Shown in pieces: positions 54,964 through 64,000 of a stretch of DNA of 64,000 nt; within the stretch, counting starts at the first letter, position 1; the number at the start of each line of letters is the position of its first letter. The stretch is from Candidatus Omnitrophota bacterium (GTDB lineage: Bacteria; Omnitrophota; Gorgyraeia; Zapsychrales; Zapsychraceae). Made by a program: the position numbers and the translations under genes. The stretch is from positions 65,801 to 129,800 of the forward strand of contig JADFYJ010000006.1 of NCBI GenBank assembly GCA_015233115.1, written 5' to 3'. The notes below the pieces were generated by a model, which had not been told where the DNA came from, did no database searches, and saw nothing but the letters and a program-made list of their open reading frames with translations.

Positions 54964-57900
54964 ATGTTTAAGCGTGTCCTTAGTTTAATTTTAAGTATTA
55001 CTTTTATATTTTCCGCGTTTGCGCCCTATGCCAATGCGGTCGAACCGCTTTTTGCCGCACCCGCGGTCATGCCATTACTTGCACCGGCCAACATAGAAGT
55101 GCCTTTGCTGAAAGGATTGCGGATCGATCCGGCTTCTCCTTTAAAAATAGATTTCATTTTGGAGGCAGGGAAATCTGAACAAAATGCCAATTATTTAAAA
55201 ATTGAATCTAACCGTTTAATTAAATATTTCCTCGCCGGATTAACTGTCCCAGCTAATGAACTTTGGGTCAACTTAAATCCTAAAGAGCCAAACCGCATCA
55301 CGAGTGAAAAATTCGGCCAAACCGAAATGGGCCGCGACCTCTTAGCCCAGGATTACGTCCTCAAACAATTAAGCGCGAGTCTGCTAAACCCGGACAATGA
55401 AACCGGCCGAAAATTCTGGGATGGTGTGTATAAAAATGTTTCCTCTCCCCTCCGGGGAGAGGGCAGGGTGAGGGGTTTAGATATCCCCATTGGAATTTTA
55501 AGCAAAGTCTGGATCGTCCCAGGTGAAGCTGTAGTGGTCGAAAAAGAGAATGCGGCGTATGTCAAAAGCGCAAAATTAAAAGTGTTATTTGAGGGGGCGG
55601 AGAATACTCAATTAATCAAACAGTTAATTCTTCCCGCCATTGAAAAACAAGTCAACGAAGGCTCCGAATTCTCCCTGCTTCGTCAAATATATCATTCTTT
55701 GATTTTGGCAACATGGATGAAACGTAAAATTGGATTATTACAAAAAAATTATATTAACCAAAACAAAATCTCCGGCATCGACGTTGCCGACAAACAAGCC
55801 AAACAAAAAATTTACGCCCAATATCTCAAAGCCTTTACGGATGGCCTGCATAAATTTATTAAAGAAGAATACGACCCCCAAACCCGGCAGATCGTAGCCC
55901 GTCAATATTTCACCGGAGGAGCAGGATTTGAAAATTTAGACTCAGCCATGGTGGTCAACACTATGCAGGGACCTGTGGTTGCTCAATTTGAAAAACCGTA
56001 TGAAGTTGACGTAGATTTGAAACCGCAAAATTCTGTTGCCATTGATCAGGCCGCATTAGCCGGAACTTTAAAAATGGGGAAAGGGATAAAAGGGTTTTTA
56101 GACCGGGTTTTTGTTGCAGAGGAAGATAAGGAAAAAAAAGAGCGGACGCGCGTGTTAATTGAAAGTTTTTTAAACTCCGATTTTGAGCCAGCAGTCAAAA
56201 TGTTTGAAGAAATAAATCAATTAAGCAATGACAAAAAAATTATTTTAGCCCGCCAGTTATTGAAAACCGCGCCTGGCGCGTTAGCAGAAAATTTAACCTT
56301 AGAGCAATTTTTAATGTTAAAACCGAATGATAATAATGCGTCTTTCTTTCATATTTTTGGACGCTTTATTCTGGCCTTTCATTCTGAGTACAAAGCTGAA
56401 TACCTGAAAATGTATCAAGGTAATCCTTTAGTTTTAAATAATGATATCACCCGTTGGAAAACAGTTTACGCGCTTCTTTGGGCGGCGGAAATTTTAGGCT
56501 CAGACCAAGCCCTGCTGGCGCGTCAAAATATGGACGATATATCGCGCGATTTAATCAATAAACATCAAGCCTTAAGTGACGATGAAATAGCAGCTTTTGA
56601 AAAGGAACTGCCGAATTTTAATTGGCGAATGGCAACTGATGTGCCTTGGGAAGAAGTCATCAGGTCGCCTTCACTACAACCATATGGCCCTACGGATGAT
56701 GAACAATCAGTGCGGCGGTGGGGTTCAATTTATAATCAACAAAATTATTGGAATAATAATGTTGTGGTCCGCAGATATTTTTTGTTTTTAGTCAGAGATA
56801 TGATTCTTAATCCGGAATTTTTTACCCATGATTACGTTCAGCGGATATCGCAGATGCATTCGGCCCTGCGAAGAGCACGCGGTCTTTATGCCTCTGATTC
56901 AGGGCATGATGATGGTTTGCAAACAGGAATTTTAAATTCAACGTCAGAACAAAATAAAAAATTATTCTTAAGCTTAAAAGAATTATTGCAAGAACATAAT
57001 GGCGTTAACAAAAATCTATCTAAAGAAATATCTCAAATTGCAGGATATTATTTGGCTCTTTTACAAGGCTATCTATTCGGTCCTGGACGGGGTAACAACT
57101 CGCTTTACATGAATATGGTGAATGCTCTGATACGGCTCAATAGCTTAAATGGGATAAGTCACGAAAACCTTGATATGGTAATTGCCCTTGTGCATAACAA
57201 ACCAGAAAAATTTCTTTATCCGCGTTTCTTGTCCGAGCTTAAAAAAAGAAATCCGGAAAATAAAGCAGCCCAAAATTTATCCATCAAAGATATTCTGCCT
57301 GAATCAGATCAAGCGATGGTGCGGGATTCTAGAGATCAAGAACGCCTGGCAAAAAGAAAAAATTTATTCAGGACTTTTGATCTGGAAGGCATGCCTCCTG
57401 AAGAAATGCCGCCAGAATTGTTTGAAAACATTAAAGAGCCTTTAACCGCCAAGCAAAAAGAAAACTTAAAGAAGCAATTAGCCGATCATTTCATGATTTG
57501 GGGCTTAGAATCATTTCTTACCATGGAACACCAGGATGAAAGAGTCCTGCAATTTGCGCAAAAACAAGGCTTTAAAATAAATAAAGCATTTTTAGAGCAA
57601 GTTATTAGGGAAATGTTCGCTGAAAAAGAAAAATATTTTACGGCCAAAGTGGTAGAGATCGGAACATCCAACGCAATAAATACAGATCGTGCCTCTTTAG
57701 CCACCACAACTTCAAACGATATTAATCAAGACGACTCATGGGCAGAGAGGTTCGCTTCTTATAGGCATAAAAGAATTATTGTAGCTGATGATCACGCGGA
57801 TTTTCGTCAGGATATGCAGGGAATTTTGTCTAGATATTTTAACAAAGTGACTATAGCTTCATCCATCAACGAAGTAATGGAAGAGTACGCGGCGATGAAA

Positions 57901-60900
57901 GCGGATCAGGTGGCTGATGATGATATTTTAATTTTGATAGATTTTCAGTTTGCAGAGGGACACAATGCGTTTGAATTGGTCAATCAACTGCGCGTTGAAC
58001 GGAATTTTACCGGTAAAATCGGCATTGTTTCCGGCAGTATGGTGTCAGAACTTAATATTCCGGGGTACGATCCTGTTCATCAGGATTTGAATAATGAGGT
58101 CAAGATACGTTATGGTTTGGATTATATTCAGAAACAGCCTGCCGGATTTAAAGATAATTTGTTTGGTTTAATGGATAGGCAATTTAAACAAAAGCCTTAC
58201 CAAAAGCCAGAGGGTTTGGAGCCGTTGGTTGTAGACCATGAACTACATGGAGTTCATGGCCGTGAACCCAGCGTGGTTCACGGTTCTAATTTGGGGTATT
58301 TTTTAAGCGGCATCAATGATAGGGAAATGCATATTGGGGAAGAGTTAGAGAAATCTCTTAATGAAGTGTCTTTGGGGCAGTCTTTAAATACTGGCGCAGT
58401 GCAAAGTTTAATTGAAGAAATCAAAACAGGTATTAAATTTTCGAATGTGCGTCAAGGATTTAATGGATCAGTTGATTCCTATGCTTTTCGTCAAAGTCTC
58501 CACGATCATAAAAATAATATCGCAAGGCTAGGCAGTAAAATTGAAGACCTTCAAGGGCAAATAACAGCTGAGTCGAATGCTGCTCTGGATTCAGTATTAT
58601 CCCGTATTCATGATATGGTAAACGTGTATTTTAATTATACGGATTGGGTCTACCGCATGTTGATTTATTGCGGCCGCCTTGAGTATATTGAGATGATGGA
58701 GCCGCTGCTGCAGTCTGCCATTGTGTCTTACCAAAAAGAATTCGAACGTCGTCATTCCAATCAATTCGATCCTGACGAAGGGATTGCTCAGGCTCTTAAT
58801 CATTTGAAAAACACCAGCGCGGAATTCCGTGGTCAGCACATCGAACCTGCCATGAAATCGTGGGGGATATTATTTAAGGAATATCAGGCTGTCGAAGAAG
58901 GCATGAATAAAATTTTGGGCGATAAAATGAGTTCAAACCAAAACGCGTTTTTAAAATCATTTTCTGACAAATTAAATTTATTTTTCGGCCAATATCTCGT
59001 TACATTCGGAGCCAATGATTTGAATGGCGATTTGCCAGGTAAAGCACTAGGCAGGGTCGTGGTTTTAAGCGGCGATTCATGGGAGGCCGAACAATTTTTT
59101 AAAGATAAGGTTCAGGAAAGCGATATTGTGGTTGTTCGTCAGGATTATTCATGGATTACAGCGGCACGCAGTAAAGCCTCTGCCATTATTTTTGCTCAAT
59201 CCGGCGGTCAGCATATTATCACTCAAGCTCGGATATCAGGAATTCCATTGATATTTTTGCCCAACGCGGATGAGTTTTTTGAGGCAGTTAGGAAAGAGTA
59301 CGAAAGACAGGGAAAGAACAAAGATATTTTTGTAAGAGTAGAAGTTGAAGATGGAAAAGGACGGATTATTCCGGTCAATGAAGTAGGAGAAAAAGTAAAC
59401 CCAATTGACTCTTTACAGGAAATTCAAAAAGTAGAGGTTGATAAGGTCGATGGTTACTCTGGCCCGGATATCATCAGTTCAGAGAGTCCTCTTGATGATT
59501 ACGCGGATACCATGGAAGAATTGCGACCCTGGATGGGAACTAAAGCGCTAAATCAATACATCGTAAAAAAAGACAAAATTTCCGACGTACCGCAGTTTTT
59601 GATGCAAACCTTCCGATTAATGGAACGGTGTTTTAAATTTTCCGACAAATATTATGAAATATTAGATAAGATCCGCGGTTTTTCCGACACATCTTCAAGA
59701 CATGAAGTGGAAACAGTTTTAAAGGAAATGCAAGATTATATTTTCTCTCAGTCGCTCAATGAATTGGATGAAATGTTTTATAAGGCCAGAGCCATTGAAT
59801 GGATTTTTGAAAATCCCTTGGCTATTCGTCTGATTACTAATGATCAGGATTTGGAAAAATATCCCGGTGTGGGCGCGGGGACGTATCTATCACTCGAAAA
59901 TATCCGGGTGAAAAATGTGCAAGAATTAAAGCCCTATTTAAAAGAAGTTTACGCGTCTATGTGGAGTTATGAAGCGTATAAACAGCGGCTGGACCGCGGC
60001 ATCCCTCAGGATGCGGTTTACGGCGCGATTGAAATTCAAGAATATAAATCTGACGCGATATATTCTATGCACATTGAGACGCAAGTTGAAGGCAATCCGG
60101 ATATTTTAAAAATTATGTTTATGCCCGGAGCTGCCCGGTCTATTTCTGCCAAAGATCCACAGTATGGTGGAGAACCGTTTATTTTTTATTTTGATAAAAA
60201 AGCGCAAAATGGAAAAGGCGGATTGATTGGCTGGAGCGATCCCCGAACGCAATATCATCCGGTTAAGGCAGAAAAGGCATATTACGCGTCTTTCGAAAAT
60301 AAAGATCCTCAAAGTTTTAATATTAACAATTATCCTGAACTCAGGATCATGTTTAAATCAAAAAATATGAATGTCAGGCCTTTTATCAACCAATTTGAAG
60401 ATGCTGCCCGCAAGGCGATGAAAATGGAAAAACGTTTTCAATCTCCGCGTGAAATAGAGGCTACTTTAGACTTAACTGGATTTTCTGCCCATCAATGCCG
60501 GAGAATGAAAGTCGTGGGGCCTATTGATATTTCAGCTATTCCTGCAAATGCAGAACAAGATGTGGAATTTTTGGAAAGGGTGATTAGCGAATTAAAGCAA
60601 CGCTCTCCGGAAATCGGTGAATTTATTGAAAAACATGGGGTAAAAGAATTTGATCCGCGAATTGTTTCTGGCGAAGAACTGGAAGAGGTATTACAGGGCT
60701 TACGCATTTTAGATCGATCAAATACTTTAAAAACCCCTTGGGTTTTTTCAATGCTTTTAATTACGGCTGCAGGTGGATCGGAAAGAAAGTTTGATCAGGA
60801 TGCGACGAGAATACTTAAGCTTTTACAAAATAAAGAGTTTGATAGTGTGCGTGGCTCGCTAATGTTTTTGATGGCCTATTTTGTTTTTGGCGGGCATGAA

Positions 60901-63054
60901 TTTATTTGGGATTGGTTGGAATATTTGTCAAACAATGAACCTGAATTGTTTAAACATTTAGCTCCCTATTTTATTTTAAGCGACAGAATAATCAATGCTA
61001 GCCATGCTTGCCGGGATTTAATGCTGTTTCGTTTGTTATCTCCTGAATTTTATGACCGAAGAGAAATTCAAAAAAAGCCACTAAGAGAAAAATTTATTCA
61101 GGCTTTGTCCGTAGATGATATCAGCCATCTTTTAAATAATGCTTTGAAATTTCAACAATCTACTGGAAGTGATTTTAAGGATAAGTATCTCCTGGATTTG
61201 CTAAAAACCCATCCTGATTTTACAGCTATTACCCAATTGGAGAATTTTAAGAAATTATATCCAGAGGAATCAACAGTATCTGTTAAAGAACCGTCGTTGC
61301 CCAAAGATGTCGTTCTTCTCAAAAATGTACTTGAAGAAATTAAAGTAAAGTCTCCGGCTATAAAAAATTTTATTGAACGTTATTCTGGACGGAAGTTCAG
61401 CATGGACGACGTATCTTTTCAAGAGATTAAAAAGATTACTGTTGAAGTGTTCGATCTCACCCAAAGCATTGAAGATCCCAAGATGCAAAGTATTGATGGA
61501 ACATTTTTAATATATTTAATTCATAAATTTGGCAGTGAATTAGGAGATTTTGAAAAGACAAGTGAAGATATTTGTATAGCGCTTCAGCACAAAGATTTTG
61601 ATAATGTCCGCGCTCCCGTGTTGTTTTTAATTTCTTTTTTTGGTTTTAATGGACATGCGTATATGTTTCGGTTTTTGGATAGGTTAGTTGACCGGCGGCC
61701 AGAATTATTTAAAGAATTGATTCCATATTTTATCCTCTCAGATAATTTGATCCAGGGAGTTTATAATGCTCACGGCTCTTTTGGGTTGGAAATTGAAAAT
61801 CTTATGTCTGATCGCATGATCAATGATGCTTGGGGGACAAATCAGGGGAAGAACATTCAGCAGACCTTTATAAATGAATTAACTCTAGAACAGATTGAAA
61901 AATTTCTCGGAAACGCTGTTACCATCAGAGAAACGCATACCAACTATGATACCCAGCGTTTGTTGCTATTGCTTCAAAACCGAAATGATTTCAAGCAGAT
62001 TACAGTGTTGAATAATTTTAAACAACTTTACCCGGATTATAAAGAGCCGGGACCAGATGTCATGACGGATCAAAATAATTCTGGTCTCTCGTCTGAAAAA
62101 ATTGCTTGGCTGCATAAATTAATTGATAATATGAAAAACATGGATTCGGACGACTTTTTAAAAGATTTCTTGGAGAGGCACGCGGGTGGTTCTTTTGATT
62201 TAAAAAATATTTCTCCGGACGATTTTGAGTTAATACGTTTTTGGTTTTGGAACGTGCTTAAGAATTTTAAAAATCAACATGTTGAGGTTGACATGCCTAC
62301 CATGTTTTTAGCATTCGCGATTTATATTTCAGGAGAGAGGCTGGATGATTATAAAAAGGTTTGGACGGATATTCTTCAAACATTGCAAAGCCCTGAGTTT
62401 GACGATGTCCGGGGACCGATAATGTTTTTAATGTCATTTTTTGTTGAAGGCGGACACGAATTTATCTTAGAATGGCTGGATGACCTTTCTGTTCAAAATC
62501 CGGATTTGTTTAAAAAAATAGTGCCATATTTTATCGTGCCGAATGAGATTGTTTATCTCATGCAGGAGCAAAGCACTGGATTTTGGAAGCATAAAGATTT
62601 TATACTTTATCGGCTTTTGTTTGAAAAAGACGCGGAAAGAAGATGGGGAAATCTGCAAAAAAGGTTTATCGCGGATTTAAGCGTTGAAGATGTGAGGAAA
62701 TTGATGGACAATGTGGAAGTTTTTGGAAAACTGGATGAAAAAAATTATAAAGTCACTTTGCTTCACCTGATAGAGCCGCACCAGGAATTTTTAACTATAA
62801 AAGGAACAACAGAATTTAAAAAACTCTATCCGTATTCAGATCAAGCGCAGTTGGCCGATGAAAAAAATAAAGGCGGTATTGACTTAAACACCGAAACCAT
62901 GAATGTGAAAGTCGAATCTGATTCCGCAGTAATTGCTGATCAGGGAAAATTCGATCAGGCCCTTTTAGCCTCTATCCAAAGCATGACAGGTTTTGAACCC
63001 GTCATCGTTTCCATCCGGCCATTAACCAACGTTAACGCGTTTTTTGGCATATGA
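54964..63054 (+). CDS. 2696-aa giant modular protein (signal peptide, conserved N-domain, Fido-like, receiver, dikinase-like, 3x ~240-aa repeats, GGIDLN tail)
   Basis: Uninterrupted ORF; signal peptide ending ANA; internal motifs detailed in the findings; paralogous fragment at 38505. Confidence 0.85.
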   Translation: MFKRVLSLILSITFIFSAFAPYANAVEPLFAAPAVMPLLAPANIEVPLLKGLRIDPASPLKIDFILEAGKSEQNANYLKIESNRLIKYFLAGLTVPANELWVNLNPKEPNRITSEKFGQTEMGRDLLAQDYVLKQLSASLLNPDNETGRKFWDGVYKNVSSPLRGEGRVRGLDIPIGILSKVWIVPGEAVVVEKENAAYVKSAKLKVLFEGAENTQLIKQLILPAIEKQVNEGSEFSLLRQIYHSLILATWMKRKIGLLQKNYINQNKISGIDVADKQAKQKIYAQYLKAFTDGLHKFIKEEYDPQTRQIVARQYFTGGAGFENLDSAMVVNTMQGPVVAQFEKPYEVDVDLKPQNSVAIDQAALAGTLKMGKGIKGFLDRVFVAEEDKEKKERTRVLIESFLNSDFEPAVKMFEEINQLSNDKKIILARQLLKTAPGALAENLTLEQFLMLKPNDNNASFFHIFGRFILAFHSEYKAEYLKMYQGNPLVLNNDITRWKTVYALLWAAEILGSDQALLARQNMDDISRDLINKHQALSDDEIAAFEKELPNFNWRMATDVPWEEVIRSPSLQPYGPTDDEQSVRRWGSIYNQQNYWNNNVVVRRYFLFLVRDMILNPEFFTHDYVQRISQMHSALRRARGLYASDSGHDDGLQTGILNSTSEQNKKLFLSLKELLQEHNGVNKNLSKEISQIAGYYLALLQGYLFGPGRGNNSLYMNMVNALIRLNSLNGISHENLDMVIALVHNKPEKFLYPRFLSELKKRNPENKAAQNLSIKDILPESDQAMVRDSRDQERLAKRKNLFRTFDLEGMPPEEMPPELFENIKEPLTAKQKENLKKQLADHFMIWGLESFLTMEHQDERVLQFAQKQGFKINKAFLEQVIREMFAEKEKYFTAKVVEIGTSNAINTDRASLATTTSNDINQDDSWAERFASYRHKRIIVADDHADFRQDMQGILSRYFNKVTIASSINEVMEEYAAMKADQVADDDILILIDFQFAEGHNAFELVNQLRVERNFTGKIGIVSGSMVSELNIPGYDPVHQDLNNEVKIRYGLDYIQKQPAGFKDNLFGLMDRQFKQKPYQKPEGLEPLVVDHELHGVHGREPSVVHGSNLGYFLSGINDREMHIGEELEKSLNEVSLGQSLNTGAVQSLIEEIKTGIKFSNVRQGFNGSVDSYAFRQSLHDHKNNIARLGSKIEDLQGQITAESNAALDSVLSRIHDMVNVYFNYTDWVYRMLIYCGRLEYIEMMEPLLQSAIVSYQKEFERRHSNQFDPDEGIAQALNHLKNTSAEFRGQHIEPAMKSWGILFKEYQAVEEGMNKILGDKMSSNQNAFLKSFSDKLNLFFGQYLVTFGANDLNGDLPGKALGRVVVLSGDSWEAEQFFKDKVQESDIVVVRQDYSWITAARSKASAIIFAQSGGQHIITQARISGIPLIFLPNADEFFEAVRKEYERQGKNKDIFVRVEVEDGKGRIIPVNEVGEKVNPIDSLQEIQKVEVDKVDGYSGPDIISSESPLDDYADTMEELRPWMGTKALNQYIVKKDKISDVPQFLMQTFRLMERCFKFSDKYYEILDKIRGFSDTSSRHEVETVLKEMQDYIFSQSLNELDEMFYKARAIEWIFENPLAIRLITNDQDLEKYPGVGAGTYLSLENIRVKNVQELKPYLKEVYASMWSYEAYKQRLDRGIPQDAVYGAIEIQEYKSDAIYSMHIETQVEGNPDILKIMFMPGAARSISAKDPQYGGEPFIFYFDKKAQNGKGGLIGWSDPRTQYHPVKAEKAYYASFENKDPQSFNINNYPELRIMFKSKNMNVRPFINQFEDAARKAMKMEKRFQSPREIEATLDLTGFSAHQCRRMKVVGPIDISAIPANAEQDVEFLERVISELKQRSPEIGEFIEKHGVKEFDPRIVSGEELEEVLQGLRILDRSNTLKTPWVFSMLLITAAGGSERKFDQDATRILKLLQNKEFDSVRGSLMFLMAYFVFGGHEFIWDWLEYLSNNEPELFKHLAPYFILSDRIINASHACRDLMLFRLLSPEFYDRREIQKKPLREKFIQALSVDDISHLLNNALKFQQSTGSDFKDKYLLDLLKTHPDFTAITQLENFKKLYPEESTVSVKEPSLPKDVVLLKNVLEEIKVKSPAIKNFIERYSGRKFSMDDVSFQEIKKITVEVFDLTQSIEDPKMQSIDGTFLIYLIHKFGSELGDFEKTSEDICIALQHKDFDNVRAPVLFLISFFGFNGHAYMFRFLDRLVDRRPELFKELIPYFILSDNLIQGVYNAHGSFGLEIENLMSDRMINDAWGTNQGKNIQQTFINELTLEQIEKFLGNAVTIRETHTNYDTQRLLLLLQNRNDFKQITVLNNFKQLYPDYKEPGPDVMTDQNNSGLSSEKIAWLHKLIDNMKNMDSDDFLKDFLERHAGGSFDLKNISPDDFELIRFWFWNVLKNFKNQHVEVDMPTMFLAFAIYISGERLDDYKKVWTDILQTLQSPEFDDVRGPIMFLMSFFVEGGHEFILEWLDDLSVQNPDLFKKIVPYFIVPNEIVYLMQEQSTGFWKHKDFILYRLLFEKDAERRWGNLQKRFIADLSVEDVRKLMDNVEVFGKLDEKNYKVTLLHLIEPHQEFLTIKGTTEFKKLYPYSDQAQLADEKNKGGIDLNTETMNVKVESDSAVIADQGKFDQALLASIQSMTGFEPVIVSIRPLTNVNAFFGI
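55442..55475. repeat. CCCTCTCCC/GGGAGAGGG-type palindrome inserted in-frame in the giant gene
   Basis: CCTCTCCCC-TCC-GGGGAGAGG-GCAGGGTGAGGGG, encoding SSPLRGEGRVRG. Confidence 0.75.
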
Positions 63055-63150
63055 TAAAAGCGGCATGGTTGCATGTAGCAAGCGAAAAAGATTTTTTACT
63101 CATTATCGAATGTTTGATATAATGAAATACAATTGAAAGTTAAAGAATTC

Positions 63151-63732
63151 ATGAAAGACAAAAATATTTATATCATCGCGGGACCCAATGGGGCAGGGAA
63201 AACAACTTTCGCGGTAAAGTTTTTGCCTGATTATGTGAAGTGCCCTAATTTTGTAAACGCGGATCTTATCGCGCTGGGATTGGCTCCGTTTTCTCCCAAT
63301 ACGGCGGCTATTAAGGCAGGGAAATTGGTTCTTCAGCAAATTGATAATTTTGCTAATCAGGGAGTCGAATTTGCTTTTGAGACGACGTTGTCCGGTAAAA
63401 CTTATCTGAGATTATTGAAGGAGTTGAAATTAAAAGGATATAAATTACATCTATTTTTTTTGTGGGTTCCGGATAAACGGCTAGCTTTGGCACGAATCAA
63501 AGATCGAGTCGCAGAAGGCGGGCATAATATCCCGGCTAATGACGCGCGCAGAAGATTTGTCCGAAGTATTTATAATTTTTTATCGGTTTATCGACCCATT
63601 TTTGATTCTTGGATGTTGTTTGATAATTCGGGTACTGCTCCCCGATTAATTGCAGAAGAAAAAGACGGTAAACTTTATGTTGCTGACAAAAAAATGTTTG
63701 ATATAATCACTCGTTCGGTGGAGGCAATTTAA
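63151..63732 (+). CDS. Zeta-toxin-like P-loop kinase/ATPase
   Basis: IAGPNGAGKTT, FVNADLIA, FETTLSG, RVAEGGHNIP and FDNSG motifs. Confidence 0.85.
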   Translation: MKDKNIYIIAGPNGAGKTTFAVKFLPDYVKCPNFVNADLIALGLAPFSPNTAAIKAGKLVLQQIDNFANQGVEFAFETTLSGKTYLRLLKELKLKGYKLHLFFLWVPDKRLALARIKDRVAEGGHNIPANDARRRFVRSIYNFLSVYRPIFDSWMLFDNSGTAPRLIAEEKDGKLYVADKKMFDIITRSVEAI

Positions 63733-63899
63733 TGAAAAAAAATATGACTCTTCAAGCCATGGCCATGTGCGCGCTTAGGAAAGCTGTGCGTGGTGTAATA
63801 TTGCAACATCAAAAGACTGGTCGCCCGTTGTCGATTTGGCGTGACGGAAAGGTCGTCCGTGTTTCTGCAGATGATGTTTTGTTAGGTAACAGAAGATAA
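63732..63899 (+). CDS. Small partner protein of the zeta-like ATPase (55 aa)
   Basis: Hand translation MKKNMTLQAMAMCALRKAVRGVILQHQKTGRPLSIWRDGKVVRVSADDVLLGNRR*; overlaps the upstream stop (TAATG). Confidence 0.65.
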   Translation: MKKNMTLQAMAMCALRKAVRGVILQHQKTGRPLSIWRDGKVVRVSADDVLLGNRR

Positions 63900-64000
63900 G
63901 TAACCGCTTTCCCCAACCTCCGGTTTTACCCCCCAAACAGTAATTTTATATTTTATACTTGTCTTGTAGCGAAAAGGGGCAAGTATGAATAGAAAAGTAT

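Noticed and set aside
63060-63090. GCATGGTTGCATGTAGCA as another microsatellite arm
   Set aside because: Too degenerate and no matching inverted arm found.
470-63339. The many 60-150 aa antisense or alternate-frame ORFs nested in housekeeping genes
   Set aside because: Shadow ORFs fully overlapping confidently identified genes.

Overview
Chromosomal 64-kb window from a low-GC bacterium, almost entirely + strand. It is probably PVC superphylum and most likely Candidatus Omnitrophota. This is inferred from a PVC-type small basic protein and a 2696-aa giant protein with a conserved N-terminal domain and a GGIDLN C-terminal motif. Most genes are housekeeping: icd-like, lipB, aroQ, efp, accBC, pfkA, gmhA, thiE, tRNA-Gly(CCC), dgt, aroB, uvrB, coaX, CIRCE-groES-groEL, guaB-like, guaA, dnaE, HU/IHF, hisS, aspS, phoH, ybeY and recO. 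Three layers are not explained by this gene list. (1) About 18 intergenic elements are built from inverted arrays of 7-8-nt tandem units of at least six different unit types. Many share an AAAA(A/G)CGATT motif just inside the left arm, and the spacers counted are strongly C-depleted on one strand. Two copies sit in-frame inside a coding sequence, and other REP-like palindromes are nested in some of them. (2) A cassette array (DUF6438-like gene, dinJ-yafQ, yhcG-like, mafI-like) is inserted after aroQ. It is delimited by alternating TGTCCC/GGGACA sites and a 50-bp duplication of the aroQ 3' end. (3) A secreted-looking giant protein carries cargo modules separated by a recurring D-[QRS]-A-x-[LV] motif: a Fido-like module and a receiver plus dikinase-like plus 3x ~240-aa repeat module. 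A 5'-truncated paralog lies between groEL and guaB, bracketed by GGTGTC/GACACC sites. No transposase, integrase, reverse transcriptase or cas gene is visible. All product calls come from motif recognition by eye, not database searches.
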